A stretch of DNA of 64,000 bases from Basidiobolus meristosporus CBS 931.73 (GCA_002104905.1 MCFE01000257.1:48326-112325), one strand, 5' to 3'; counted from the first letter of the stretch, positions 41,953 through 56,245 are shown. Translations and numbers: made by a program. The notes: a model not told the origin generated them from the sequence alone.

Positions 41953-43759
41953 ATGATTTCCCAAGCTACCGCAATCGGTGTCAAACGTGCTTCTGCAAGG
42001 GGTGTTTTGAGCACAATCGCGAAGTCTGCCTCCACATTCAAATACTCCACCAAATCACATAGCGGAGTCCTGGAAAACCTGGAGTTGGAGGGAGAAAACC
42101 CCGGCGTGTTCAACGGACGTTGGTTCGGTAGTGGCCCTGTCGTCAAATCAGTGAACCCTTCCACAAATGAGGTGATTGGGTCGGTCAAAACGGTAGGAAT
42201 GCTGGAGATTCGATGGTTTTGCTTGATACATACTAACCGTATCTACGTTTTCTACTGTAGGGTACCGTCAATGACTTGAACGAAACCCTGAGGGCAACCG
42301 AAGAGGCCAAGATTGTCTGGAGAGAGGTCAGTTCTCCTACCACTTGCTCTCCATACCCCATGAAGCTAAAACTAACCTGACGCTTGATCCAGCTCCCCGT
42401 ACCCAAGCGTGGTGAGATCGTTCGCCAGATGAGAGTAGCATTGAATGATAAGATCAACGATCTTGGCTATCTTGTATCCTTGGAGATGGGCAAAATCCTT
42501 CCCGAAGGTGTTGGCGAAGTTCAAGAATATATTGACATCGCCGATTATGCTGTTGGTCTCAGCAGAATGATCAACGGTAAGGTGATTCCATCGGAGAGGC
42601 CAGGCCATTTCATGATGGAGCAATGGAATCCACTTGGCACTGTGGGAGTCATATCTGCGTTCAATTTTCCAGTTGCTGTTTATGGTTGGAATAGCGCTCT
42701 ATCTCTCGTGTGTGGCAATCCAGTCGTCTGGAAAGGTGCTCCGACCACTAACTTGACATCGGTTGCTGTAACAAAGATCTTGCAGAAGGTCCTTGAGAAA
42801 AACAATCTTCCAGGCGCCATTTGCTCGCTAGTGTGCGGCGGTGCCGATGTTGGTCAAGCAATGGCTGAGGATCAAAGAATTGATTTACTCTCATTTACCG
42901 GGAGTACCAAGGTAGGCCGTGAGGTCGGAATGGCCGTACAAAATCGATTTGGCCGTGTGTTACTTGAGCTTGGCGGCAACAATGCCATCATCGTCATGGA
43001 TGATGCGGACGTTGATTTGGCGGTGCGTTCAATCCTCTTTGCTGCCGTTGGTACCGCTGGCCAAAGATGCACTACAACCAGACGTCTTTTCCTCCACGAG
43101 AAGATCCACGATCAATTCATCGAGAAGATGTTGAAGGCTTACGAGCAAGTAACGGTGGGTGATCCATTAACGGAGAATGTTCTCTGTGGTCCCTTGCATA
43201 CCAAGAACGCCGTGGAGCAATTCAAGAAGGGTATTGAGGATATCAAATCACAAGGCGGGAAGATCCTGATTGGAGGCAAAGTATTGGAGGATAGACCTGG
43301 AAATTTCGTTGCTCCGACAGTGACCAGTATCGCACCCGATGCTCCAGTGGTGCAAAATGAGATATTTGTACCTATCCTCCACACACACAAATTCAGCTCC
43401 ATAGAGGAGGCCATTAAACTCAACAACTCCGTGCGACAAGGTCTCAGCAGTAGTATGTTTACTACGAACCCTGCAAACATCTTCAAATGGACTGGGTAAG
43501 TGGCGAGTTGGTTACTTTCTGGTTGCTCATTAATGTTGATTGTCTTTTCTCCAGTCCTTCCGGTTCAGATTGTGGTATTGTTAATGTGAATATCCCCACA
43601 AACGGAGCAGAGATCGGCGGTGCGTTCGGCGGTGAAAAGGAGACCGGTGGTGGCCGTGAAAGCGGCTCTGATGCCTGGAAGCAATACATGAGAAGACAGA
43701 CTTGCACTATTAACTACAGCGGGAAGCTTCCTTTGGCTCAAGGCATCACTTTCGGTTAA
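41953..43759 (+). CDS. ALDH7A1: Aldehyde dehydrogenase family 7 (antiquitin / alpha-aminoadipic semialdehyde dehydrogenase), 4 exons
   Basis: [67 protein letters not shown]. Confidence 0.93.
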
Positions 43760-44193
43760 ATAGGAAATTGATTCGAATTTCATCCATACAATGTCTCTCT
43801 TCATCTGCACCCTTTCAATGTACAATTCATGAAAATCAATGAGCAAGTCAGTTTCGAGAAACACATTAAACACTCGACCTCTTATACGAGTTCTCAACAG
43901 TTTATTCTCAATCAACGACCTGAAACTTTGAGGGTTCATTCCAGATTATAATGAAAAATTTCGATAACAAGCCAAATCATTCTAACACATTTCTTCAAGA
44001 ACAAGCTGTACAAAAACAAAAGGTACAAAACAGGAGCCAGCAAACGAAACCAGACTTTGAGGAGATACGTCCGAGAAACTAGGACGAAAAATTCGAATGC
44101 CATATCATTTATGTAGATGCTCAAAAACGACCCTAATGCCGACCCATAAACATCACACCGCATCACATAATGTATTGTGTAGATTTGGAGGAG

Positions 44194-45951
44194 TTAAAAT
44201 GCAAAGCGATCGAAATGTACCTCCAAAGATCTGCCAGCCAACACAAATCCGTTGAGACGTTGGACTGCGACATGGGCGTCTAATGCGGAGAAATAACGAA
44301 CGGTTCCTATGCCTTTCGACTTCCCATCCATCTCAAAGATCTCTGCCCGACTGATGGGCCCTATCTGTGAGAACAGACGCCGAAGTTCTTGCCAGCGGAT
44401 GGAGTACGGAAGCTTGGAGCATCTGTGGGTGAGAATACATGCATTGTGGATTGACTGATATGGCCGGACTTACATTTCTTACGAACACTTGGGTTGCGCC
44501 GGATACAATTGGGTTGGGCTGCTGAGATAGAAGATGCGGTTTGGCAATGGTTGGTGAATGGTTCTGACCTGACGATATTATGTCCTGGAATATTGAGGAA
44601 TGCAAATGCCCCTGCACTAATGGGAGCCTGGATATGTTCATATGATTGCTGATGTTAGAGTCGAATGAAAGAGGTGGGAATGCAAGTGAATCGTTGCTAT
44701 GAGTTGGCGAGTTCAGAGCGGGATCCATGAAGTGTGAATATGATGCTACAATATGAGAGGTTGGGCTGATTTGGCGGGGGGATAAATGCTGTAGATTCGT
44801 GGGCGCAATAATGTTGCCTTTGGAGCCGATTTGATGAGGCTGGATGAAGGTTAGACTGGGGCGACGTTGGCTGACCGGTAGGCTGGGGAAGGTAGAGCAC
44901 TTGTGGAACTGAACGTGTAGTGTGCGCCCGTTGATTTGGAAACCATTGTACATTGCTACATTTGGATCATCAGCAGATGGACACTAATCCGTGAGTGGAC
45001 AACGAAACTAACCGATTGCTTTACGTGCATCGTCAGGCGCAGCGAACAAAACCGTGCCGAAACCACGGCTCTTTCCATCAAATGCAACGGCGATGTCGGC
45101 TCTTAGAACAGTTCCCGCACTTCTAAAGAGATCCTTCAAATTTTGCCACCGGCACTGAAATGGGAGCTTGGGAAAACCATCAATATTGATCTCAAAGCAC
45201 CCAAGAGGTCTGAGTGACTTACATTGCTAACGAATATCTGGCGTTCCTCGGCATTGATCATCGCAAGCTCATTCTAGAAAGACAGCGTTAGCCACAGGCT
45301 GCAAAAGATCCGGATACACAGAAGGCGCGTCAATTTACACATATGTTATCAATCTTTTGTGGGCCTATCAATGGAGTTACTCGATACTCAACGTAGCCGC
45401 GGTCCTCCCGGACCTCCAAGGTACGACCATACCAGATGTACCCATTGAACATGTCTAAAGTCAAGCCGGTCAAAGTGGAGTCAGCCATCTATCACTACCT
45501 CTCATCGCTTACCCACTGCGTTCTGGGCATCCTCAACAGTAGCAAATAGAACTGTGCAATGTCCTTTGGGGCGATTCTCCTGAGTTAGGCCAAGGTCGGC
45601 GCGAAGTACATTCCCTGAGAGAATATGAGGATCCAGATCGCTGGCCTGATCTCGCCTAGAAAAACAGATGCTTTACCTGCTTTCCGAAATAGATCCTTGA
45701 CCTCCTTCCACTGGACACGGAATGGTAGCTGTCGACATGCATATAGCTTGATGAGAGATTGTTCACAGTAAACCATGCCGCATGAATTCTCGGGGGCTTA
45801 CATTTCCAACGAAGATCTGACGAACTAATATCGGCCTATGGTACTGGTTAAGAGAGGCCGGAGAAGAGAAAACATCGGTCGCTGATCCGCTTTCATTTGT
45901 AGTCAGCGAGTCTCTAGATTTGCTGATCCCAAAAGGATTAAAATGATACAT
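44194..45951 (-). CDS. Three-RRM RNA-binding protein (Gbp2/Hrb1/hnRNP M-like), multi-exon
   Basis: Three RRMs: QIFVGN|LPFRVQWKEVKDLFRKAG, QIFVSN|LPFQCRWQNLKDLFRSAG..RAD, QVFVRN|LPYSIRWQELRRLF...GKSKGIG; stop at 44194-44196. Confidence 0.8.
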
Positions 45952-48270
45952 GGGTGGCTTATTGCTTATGCTGTCAAGCTCAATCGAGTGATCCTAAACC
46001 AAGCCTAATGATAAATAACCGCCGGTGGTAGCCTAGTCAATTACGGTATTTACCATGGAGAACGAGGATTCGACTGAATTTGTGGGGTAATCAAGCATGC
46101 ACCGATCCTATTAATGTCGAGGTTGATACGCGGCCTAAAAAATAAGCAGCCATAAATGTGCGCTTACTTCACGAACTTCGATGAAGCGCCCATGCCATTG
46201 AAAGCCATTCAATTGAGCTAGAAAGATGAACGATCAGCTTCACGAATGGACGAGGATTTCAACCTGCACCAATCGGCAGAGAGGAGGCACTGATAATACC
46301 CTAATGATCAATCTTACCTAACGCAGCCCGCGCTTCCTCAGGCTTGATAAAAACCACAGTGCCGTGGCCCTTGGAGGTACCGTTAGGGGTGCGCATAATA
46401 TCCGCCCTTATAACTGTGCCGAATTGCCTAAATAGATCCTAAGGTAGGTATTATTATCAGCATTGCAGCGGTTGGGGCGGTAGTCCTTCGGAAATATCAT
46501 GCTACTAAATCAATAAATATGAGAAAGTTGAACCTTTAATTCTTGCCAAGCAACTGCACATGGGAATATAGGTAATGCGTTAGAACGACAGGGCCGAAAG
46601 AAGTCGAAACAAAGGGCGGCTCATTAAACCAACCCAAGCTCGTTGAAAAATTATTCACCATTATATGGTATCTGGGGTGAGAAGGATAAAGATGTTTAGC
46701 AAGCACTCAAGCGAGAACGGCCATTGTGTACACATACATTTCCCACAAACAAACGCCGCTCCTCCAAGCTACTCATTTGATAACTAGACCCGGTCAATTT
46801 TTCAAAGGGAGAAGGAAAGGCCGAGTATCGAAAAGGGATTGCAAGTCTGGCTTTCCGAGCTTTCTTTCCAGACTGGTATCCTTGTCAACGCTAAAGAAAC
46901 AAGTAACTGAGGAATACCAAATCACTAAAATTATCTCTAGGTTACACGAGCACTCTGACAACAAATCTTTCAAAATTATGCGTAGAAAAAAAGTAACGGG
47001 CGGCAGACATTTTACCCCACAAAAATATTCATGATTCTAAGGGGACGTGCTGATCAATGTGAAGGCTTGCATTGGTTAACTTTTGGTCGTCGCCATTTCC
47101 CTGGCTGGACAAGAATTTACGCCGCTTAAATCTGGGCTCGGGTAAGGGACGCCGGATTGCCCGCAAACTCGGTCGGCCTGATATTGGCCCCTATACAGAC
47201 GTCGGTATTCTGCTTGCTTACTACTTGCCTCGACACTGGGCTCACTATTGGACCAGCATCTTGGGGCTTCTGGCAAGGGGAGATTCACCCCACAAGAATT
47301 GGCAAGATTCAGTGATAAGTAAATCCTGGGACACGTTATCGAGATTAGCGGTAAATTATTTTCAAATCTACTAATTGTTTTAGCTTGTCAATTGATTTGC
47401 CGTGATATGACTTGTCCAGAATTGGATTCAATTTAACCACAGTTAAAGTAGCAACCGTATGGCATATGATAGACTACCATACCTGTATACTGATTCTGTC
47501 ACGTCTGTAATCTGCATTACCAGAACAACAATCCAAAGCATATCAAGCATTGTCGCGATCGAATCGAGGATAAGCCAGCATATCTTCGGGATCTACAGTG
47601 GGCCCAGTGAAGTTGCCGTCCTTGCTGCGTTGAGCTGGTTGCTGGTACACCCAATCCTTGACCATGACTGGTGTGGGAGCTGGCTCTTTTCTTCGAGCTC
47701 TCTATGCAAATATTCACCTCGCCAACACATTCTGACCGGGTAGAAAACATAGCAAACTCCAGGGCCCGAATGCGATTAGCGGCGTATTGTTACGGACAAG
47801 ATACATACCAGCTATAGTTGGTTGGGCTACTGCCTAGAAACCTACTTGAGTACATATGGCGCGTGGTCAGATTGGTCACAATTTGTTTGATATAACTTTT
47901 GGATAGCGCGGCCACGCTGATTTGTGTAAATTGATTTGTTTCCCACTGCGTGTGGCCCGTATGAATGCTCTTGTTTTTGGCAGTACCAACAGGCAGTGAA
48001 GTGAAAAAGAAACTCCAGTCCTACGGATTGTATCTGTAATGCAACTCTTAAATAAGTGTGGTGATGGTGAGGGAGGTGACATACATGGGAGTTGGAGATT
48101 GACCATTTCCAAACCTATATATTTCTTTCACTCTAATTGTCTGTAAAAGTGCAGAATATATGGTGAAATATTTCCATTGTCTTCATCCCGCCATGAGGGA
48201 GATTATGCTACAAATTATTAGTGGTTCTCATTCCATGGATCAATGAGATATTCCTGGGTACTGATTATAA

Positions 48271-48742
48271 TGTTATAGATTTTGTAATTGCACATAAATA
48301 TTCACCTAACTTGGCCACTTAGATCATTACACACAAATCTTGGAGAATTCTGTCCAAATTCCATTTAGGGATTTACTTGAAGCAATTTCACCAAATATCA
48401 AGTACTCAGAACAGAAGATTTCTTGTAGTGGTCCAAGCTGACCCAAGCTTTGCATACATGCTCTTGGGATCTTCCTAGACATATTCTACATGTTTGTTTT
48501 GCCCAAACCATGTAAAACTATATATACAACTTTTACATTGAATAAATCATTAAGTGAAAACCACATAAACTACTTGCTCTCCCAATCACTTCCAATGCCT
48601 CCAAGCTCTTACAGCAGGCTATGAGCCCCAAGCTGTCACTCACTGCAATATCCTCTACTGCTATTACTAGAGTTTTTTCTCATTGCTAAAAAATTGGTTG
48701 TATCTAACTACCAAGTCTGGAAGGCAAAGGATAAGATGCTGC
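48271..48742 (+). mobile_element. Older Copia copy (LTR 48271-48616, PBS, gag start), interrupted by the nested element; gag resumes at 53423-~53526
   Basis: LTR ends CTCTTACAGCA, then GGCTATGAGCCC; gag reads ..WKAKDKML| and |LQQSGLCDIVIGEE across the insertion. Confidence 0.85.
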
Positions 48743-51700
48743 TGTTGTAAGAGTCTTGGAGATATTGGAAGTGATTGGGAGAACAAGTAGATTATGTGGT
48801 TTTCACTTAATGATTTATTGAATGTAAAAGTAGTATTTATACTTTTACCTGGTCTTGGCATTACAAACATGTAGAATAGGTTAAGGAAGATCCCAAGAAC
48901 ATGTGTGCAAAGGTTGGGGCTGTTTGGACAACTTGAAGAATTTTCATGATCTGGGTACCTGGTATTTTGGTGAAAATATTCTAAGTAAATCCCAATAAGG
49001 AATTTGGTCAGTATCCTCTAGGATTTGAAGGTAATGATCTAAGTGACTAAGTTAGGTGAATATTTAGATGGAAATACAAATTTTTACAACACTCCCACTC
49101 AGCTAACTGTTCATACTGACTAGTCCTAATTTTGGCCTAAGATATTCATACTTGACTCTAGCTAATGGTTTGGTAAATATGTCTGCAATCATTTCATCTG
49201 TAGGACAGTAAACTAAGCTAACTAAGTTATTCTCTATAGCTTCACGTATGAAATGATGTCTAATATCTATGTGCTTGGTTCTAGCATGAAAAGTTGGATT
49301 TTTACCTAATTGTATACATCCTTGATTATCTTGAAATAAAGTAATAGGCATTTTTTGACATAGGCCTAAATCTGTAAAAAGTTTTCTTAACCACATTGCT
49401 TCTTTTGTAGCTTCACAGGCTGCCATATACTCTGCCTCTGTGGTGGAAAGTGCTACGGTTGGTTGCTTTCTTGAATTCCATGAAATTGCTCCTTTACAGT
49501 AAAGAAAGGTGTATCCTGTGGTGGATCATCTGTCTTCTAAATTTTGTCCTCAATCAGCATCAGAGTATCCCACAAGATCCTGTTCTGAATTCTTATAAGT
49601 ATATCTTAATCAGATATCAGCAGTTCCATTTAGGTATCTAAAAATCCGCTTAACTGCTGCAATATGATCAGATCCATAGTTCTGATTATGTTGGCTGACA
49701 ACTCCCACTGAATATGAGATATCTGGACATGTTGCAAGCATGATACACATCAGACTGTCAACCATAGATTGATAAGCAAAGTCAGGGCTTTCAGGTGGCA
49801 CCAAGCTCTCTTGATTTGGTTGAGTTTTGACCAAGTTAAGATTTGTCTCCATTGGGGTAGCTGCTGGTTTACAGTCTTCCATTTTGTACTTCTTTAGTAT
49901 ATCTTGAATATACTTGGATTGGCTTAGGGTAATAGTCTGGGTACTTCTATCTATGGAGAACTTAATCCCTAAGTAGTAGCTGAGTTCTCCTAGATTGGAC
50001 ATCTTGAACTCCTTGTGTAGGCTGGATTTTGTCACTTTCAATGTTTCTAGGTTATTGGCAGCTATAATAAGATCATCCACATATAGAGTTAATAGAGCTG
50101 GATTTTCTCTATCTGACTTATAGTATATACTATAGTCAGCATTACTCCTTTTGAAACTCAAAGATTCCAAATAAGAATATTTCTTGCAATTCCAGGCTCT
50201 CTGTGATTGTTTGAGACCATATAGTGACTTTTTAAGCTTGCAGACCAAATGGGGGTTATCTTGGTCAACAAGCCCATCAGGCTGGTCCATATACACATCC
50301 TCATCAAGTTCTCCACTCAAAAATGCAGTTTTTACATCCATTTGATGAATAAAAAACTTTTATTTGGCTGCAATAGCCAACATTAATCTGATGGAATTAA
50401 ACTTGGCTACCAGTGCAAAGGTCTCAGTATAGTCAAGTCCTTTTGTTTGAGAGTATCCTTTGGATACAAGTCTTGCTTTGTATCTTTCAATTGTACTATC
50501 AGCCTGGTATTTTGTCTTGAAGACCCATCTGCATCCAATTGATTTTTGGTTGATTGGTAATTTGACCAAGTCCCAAGTTGATTTTCCATCAGGGCCTGAT
50601 ATTCCTCAGTCATTGCAGATCTCCAAAACTTTTTCTGAGGGCTATTTAGGGCCTCTTTTACAGTCTGGGGCTCAACAATATGGACTGAATAGGCATAGGC
50701 TAAGTTTGTACCCTCATTGATATAGTAATTTGGGCTATTTCTTGTCCAATTGGATCTCTGGGCATTTGATACTGGAATGATCACTTCTGGGATATTCCTG
50801 GGCACTGATTCTGGTGGAACCATGGTTGTAGAGTCCTCTGGAGTGAAAAATTTTCATTGTTTTGCTCTGTTTCAATCCTGACAATTGGTGGATTTGAGAT
50901 CAGGTTTTTGTTATCATCTGACATCATTTTTGTGAAAATTTTGAATCTTCATCAAACAGCACATCCCTGGACTTGATTAGCTTCTTTGCTTTGGTATTGT
51001 AGAGTCTGTATGCTTTACTCTCATTGCAGTAGCCCAAAAATATGCATTTTACACTTTTTGGCTCAAATTTTGACTGATTTCCAGGCAGTTTCTGGGCATA
51101 TGCTGTACACCCAAATATTCCTAGATGTTCTGCACTTGGTCTGGATCCATACCATGCTTCAAATGGAGTAGAATCACAAAGTATTCTGTTATAGCTCCTA
51201 TTTTTAAGATATACAGCAGTGGCAACTGATTCCGCCCAAAAATCATAGGATAATTTTTGATCATAGATCATAGATCTTGCCATATCAATAATTGATCTGT
51301 TAGCATGTTCTGCTACTCTATTTTGCTGTGGGTAGTATGGTACAGTAGTCTCTTGCTTTATCCCATTAATTTTGCAGAAGTGGATGAAGAGTTTTGAGGT
51401 ATATTCTCTACCATTGTCAGAGTGTATTTTCTTGATTTTTTCACCAGTATCTCTCTCCACCATGGCTTTAAACTCCCTGAGCTTAGACAGAGCTTCTTCC
51501 TTTCTCTCCATGAAGTAGACCCATGTGTATCTTGTATAATCATCAATAAAAGTGATTGAATACTTCATCCCACATAAGGATAAATTTTGCATAGGTCCAC
51601 ACAGATCTTGGTAAATTAGATCTAATTTTTTCTTAATTATGATTAGCCCAGAGCTCTTGAGTTGTTGTCTGGCTTGTTTCCCATATATGCAGGCTTCACA

Positions 51701-53422
51701 GTGCTCCAAATTAGATGGGGTATCAATTTTTACTCCAGAAATTAGCTGATCTTTGATCATTTTGCGCAAATAATCAAAATTGATGTGCCCAAATCTCCTA
51801 TGCCAAAGAATTGGTATTTCTTCATTTAAGTTACTTAGATTGGCTTCCAAATATGATGGAATATAAGTTAGCTTGTATAGATTCTGATCTCTGATACCTG
51901 AAGCAATATGGGCACCATTTTGATCAGTGATCTTGCATCCAGAATTGTCAAAGCTGAAACTGAATCCTTCTGCAGTGGCCTTGCTTACAGATAGTAGGTT
52001 CTTGGCTATTTCTGGTACATAGAGTACTTCTTTAAAGGTCAGTATATGGCTTCCTTCACTGCTTCTAAGGTTTACTTGGATAGTTCCTTCTCCCACTGCA
52101 TCAAGTGTTCTATTGTCACCCATGAAAGCCTTCTTAATTGGGATTTCTTGATATTGGGTAAAAAGTTCTTTTTGGTGTGTAAAGTGTTGAGATGCTCCAG
52201 AGTCAATATACCATGCCTGAGAACTCTTGTTTGTTGTCATATTTAATGCAGATATGAATAGTTCATCATCAGTTGTTGCAGTGTTTCCATATTCAGGCTT
52301 CTCTTGCTGATTATCTTTCTTTTTGAGACACTAGTCAGATATGTGTCATTTCCTTTTGCAGTAGTTACAAAACAGGTTGCTGTTACCTTTGTAGGGTCTA
52401 GGGTACCTTCTTTGTTGGTTATCATTGCTTATTAAAGCATTTTCTTCTTCCTTCTTATTGGTGCCTGATTTTTGTAATTATTCATCCAGGAGCCTTCCAT
52501 ATATGTAATTTAAGGTCAAATCTTCAGTTCTGGACTCTAAGGCTGATACAAGGCCCTGAAACTTGTCTGTCAGGCTATTCAGGATGGTTACTATCACATC
52601 CTCATCAGTAGTTGGTAGGCCCACAGATTCCATCTCATCTACCAGCAGGGTAATTCTGTTATTAGATTTTTCATTTCTTCTCCTGGCAGCATCTTTGTAG
52701 TAAGGAATTTTTGTCTCAGATACATTTTCTTAGCAGCTAAACATGACTGGTAGGTGTCTTCTAATGCCTTCCAGGCATTCTTTGCTGTTTTTGCTCTTGA
52801 GCATTGAATTAGCAATTTGTCTTTAACTTTAAGGCAAATGCAGTTAAAGGCACTTTGTTCTTTTTCTGGTATTTTAAGGTCTCTTCTCCCACATTTTTAG
52901 AAGGGTATTCTTCTCCCATGACAATATCCCAAAGGCCTCTTTCTTGTAGTAACATCTTCATTTTGACCTTCCACACTTGGTAGTTTGATCCATCCAACTT
53001 TTCAGCAGAGGGAAAAATTCCAGTAATAGCAGTAGTAGACATTGCAGAGAGTGACAGCTCAGGGCTCATAACCTGTTGTAAGAGTCTTGGAGATATTGGA
53101 AGTGATTGGAAGAACAAGTAGATTATGTGATTTTCACTTAATGATTTATTGAATGTAAAAGTAGTATTTATACTTTTACCTGGTCTTGGCATTACAAACA
53201 TGTAGAATAGGTTAAGGAAGGTCCCAAGAACATGTGTGCAAAGTTTGGGGCTGTTTGGACAACTTTGGGAATTTTCATGCTCTGGGTACCTGGTATTTTG
53301 GTGAAAATATTCTAAATAAATCCCAACAAGGAATTTGGTCAGTATTCTCTAGGATCTGAAGGTAATGATCTAAGTGACCAAGTTAGGTGAATATTTAGGT
53401 GGAAATACAAATTTCTACAACA
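48743..53422 (-). mobile_element. Full-length Ty1/Copia element (4680 bp), copy 2: LTRs 48743-49091 and 53074-53422, 5-bp TSD GCTGC; ORFs broken by stops and frameshifts
   Basis: GCTGC at 48738-48742 and 53423-53427; PBS at ~53062-53073; PPT GAGTGGGAG at 49092-49100; gag-PR-IN-RT-RH (HIDIRHHFIRE); about 15 differences between the 349-bp LTRs by eye. Confidence 0.97.
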
Positions 53423-53526
53423 GCTGCTACAGCAAAGTGGCCTTTGTGATATTGTTATTGGAGAAGAAGACCCTCCTAAAAGTGTAGGAGAAAAAGTTTT
53501 AAAGTATCAGGAGAAACAACAAAGTG

Positions 53527-55440
53527 CTGTAAGAGTCTTGGAGATATTGGAAGTGATTAGGAGAGTGAGTAGATAATATAGTTTTCACTTAATGATTTAC
53601 TGAATGTAAGAGTAGTATTTATACTTTTACATAGTCTTGAAATAAAAGATATGTAAAGTATGTTTAAGAAGGTCCCTAGGGCATGTTTGCAAGGTTTAGG
53701 GCTGTTTGGACAGCTTTGAGGATTTTCATATTCTGGAGACCTGAAGCCTTCCCCAGTGATTAGTCATTTGAGATCTATCCAACTACTTAGCAGCTGCCAA
53801 GACATCAGCTGATTGAAGATGTAATTTTCCTCTATCTTATGCACCTATCAATGCTCAAGTTGATTTCAATTAATCCAGTCTCTTGGCACTTACTAATTCA
53901 ACTTGATTAGAAAAGTATAAATAAAGTTTCCTGAACATTTTGATTTAGTGTGTGTCCTATCAAAATCAAGATTGTGTCTCAGCAAAATTGAAAATTCAAC
54001 AATCCTGTTCTATTTTCTATCCAAGCCTTGCATATCTAGCACTTCCAAGAACACCAAGCCTAGCCTGCATAGCAAACCAGCTCCCTATGAAAAATCTCAA
54101 ACTTGGGATCCATTTAATTTTCAGCTGCTATTCAGCTGGTGTTTGGGTTCAAAATTTTAAATGCAGTTTTTGATGGAAGTAATGTGTAGCTAATTACCAA
54201 ATTTGGTATGGATGTTAGCTGGCCTTGTCTTCTCCTGGAGAATTTGTTTGCTTGCCTGCCCATGAGCTAATAACAGAGATATTGAGAGTTATCCATTTTG
54301 AGAAACTGAGAAATCAGCCAATGTTATGATGGTATTATGTTGGCCTTTTCTTAATTTTTTCTTAGTAGCTCTGTTTGGTTTATAGCTAACCTTGCTATAT
54401 ACAATACCAATATTAGTCCAGAGTCCCTCTACTAATATTTCTGCCACTCTCTGACAATTCTAAGAATCTGCACCAAGCTGTCCCTTAGGCTCAGTTAAAC
54501 CATTCAAGAGTTAAATTTCACTTTTCTCATGGATACAACACTCCCACTCAACTCAATGTTAATACTGACTAGTCCTAATTGTGACCTGAGATATTCAAAC
54601 TTGCCTCTAGCCAATGGCTTAATACATATGCCTGCAATCAGTTCATCTGTACAACAGTAAGCTAAGTTAACCAAGTTATTCTCTAGAGCTTCATGTATGA
54701 TAAGATGTCTAATATCTATGTGCATAGACTATCATGAAAAGTTGAATCCCTACCCAATTGTATACATCCTTGATTATCTTGAAATTTAGTACTAGGCATT
54801 TTTTGACATCAGCCTACATTTTTTGTAGCTTCCCAGGCTGCCAAACCCTCTGCCTCTATAGTGGAAAGTGCTACAGTTGGTTTCATTCTTGAAATCCATG
54901 AAGTTGCTGTAATTATTAAGTTGTCACCTATATACTCATGCTAACTTAGTGACATAGATCTTACTCTGTGATTGGCATTCTGTCCTAACCAAATTTCTTC
55001 TTAGGACTTACTTTAAATATTTTCACCAAATTATCAGGCACCCAGGTTGTGACCTTTCTCAAAGTTGTCCAAAAGACCCAAAACTTTGCACACATAATAT
55101 GTTTGTTTGCCCCACCTTATCAAAGGTATAAACACTATACTCTTGATCAATAAATCTACAAGTGAATAAGATGTAAATCCTCTAGTGCTGCATATCACTT
55201 CTAATACTCCTCAGAAATTTGCAACAGGTTGTGAGCCCCAAGCTTGCTATCTAATTGGTGTCCACTTTGCTTTGAATCTGTTTTGCCTAGCCTAGCAAAA
55301 GACTTTCTACACTGTTGCTATACCAAAAGGTGAAGATGATTACCACTGCTAAAGGACTATGGTTATAAGAATATTACTATGGACAAGAAGCCATTGCCTT
55401 CAAAAGATGCCCTTGGTGAATATTCAAGTTAGTTGTGTTT
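53527..55440. mobile_element. Degenerate repeat debris: partial LTR (~53527-53740), RNase H fragment with PPT (~54541-54900), decayed LTR+PBS (~54905-55240)
   Basis: HIDIRH..I.EALENNLV remnant; CTCCCACTCA PPT at 54541; GGTTGTGAGCCCC at ~55228; CpG-free. Confidence 0.7.
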
Positions 55441-55444
55441 ATTA

Positions 55445-55792
55445 TGTTGTAAAGTCTGTAATTCCACCCATACATTCACCTAACTTGATCACTCAGATCA
55501 TTACCTACAACTTTTAGAGAATATTAACCAAGTTTCTTGTTGATATTTACTTCAAATATTTTCATCAAAATATCAGATACCAAGGATATGAGAATTCTCA
55601 AAGTTGTCCAAACAGCCCTAGACTTTGCACACATGTTCTTGGAACCTACCTAAGCCTATTCTATGTGCTTGTTATGCAAAGCCCATGTAAAAGTATAAAT
55701 GCTACTTTTACATTCAATAAATTATGAAGTGAAAACCACATAGTCTACTTGTTCTCCCAATCACTTCCAATATCTCCAAGAATCTTACAACA
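55445..55792 (+). repeat. Solo Copia LTR
   Basis: TGTTGTAAAG...CTTACAACA; flanks TATTA/TAATA (TSD with one mismatch). Confidence 0.85.
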
Positions 55793-55815
55793 TAATAAAA
55801 TAGGGGGATGATAAC

Positions 55816-56164
55816 TGTTGCAAGAGTTTGTAATTCCACCTAAATATTCACCTAACTTAGTCACTCAGAGCATTACCTTCAAATCCTAGAGAATACTGAC
55901 CAAATTCCTTGCTGGGATTTACTTGGAATATTTTCACCAAAATACCAGGTACCCAGAACATGAAAATTCTCAAAGTTGTCCAAACAGCCCCAAACATTGC
56001 ACACATGCTCTTGGGACCATCCTCAACCTATTCTACATGTTTGTTATGCCAAGACCATGTAAAAGTATAGATACTGCTTTTACATTCAATAAATCATTGA
56101 GTGAAAACCACATAATCTACTTGTCCTCCCAATCACCTCCAATATCTCCAAGACTCTTACAACA
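55816..56164 (+). repeat. Solo Copia LTR (349 bp)
   Basis: TGTTGCAAGAG...CTTACAACA; flanks ATAAC/ATAAT. Confidence 0.85.
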
Positions 56165-56191
56165 ATAATAACCAATGAGTGAAATCATTGT

Positions 56192-56245
56192 TTAAGGAGG
56201 GGGATACAGCCACCAACAGGTGACATCTTAGGGTTAGGGTTAGGG
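56192..56245 (+). repeat. Interstitial telomere relic: truncated telomeric-retroelement 3' tail (56192-56227) plus (TTAGGG)3 at 56228-56245
   Basis: GGGGATACAGCCACCAACAGGTGACATC resembles GGGGAGACAGTCACCAACTGGTGAAATC at 60181; same polarity as the true telomere. Confidence 0.8.

Noticed and set aside
44194-45951. Functional link between the Gbp2-like gene (a family reported to bind G-strand DNA) and the nearby telomere system
   Set aside because: A housekeeping gene 14 kb away; proximity alone is not evidence.
53750-54540. CpG-free AT-rich segment ending in TACAACA before a PPT (possible LTR of another family)
   Set aside because: No second copy or 5' boundary in the window; included only as repeat debris.
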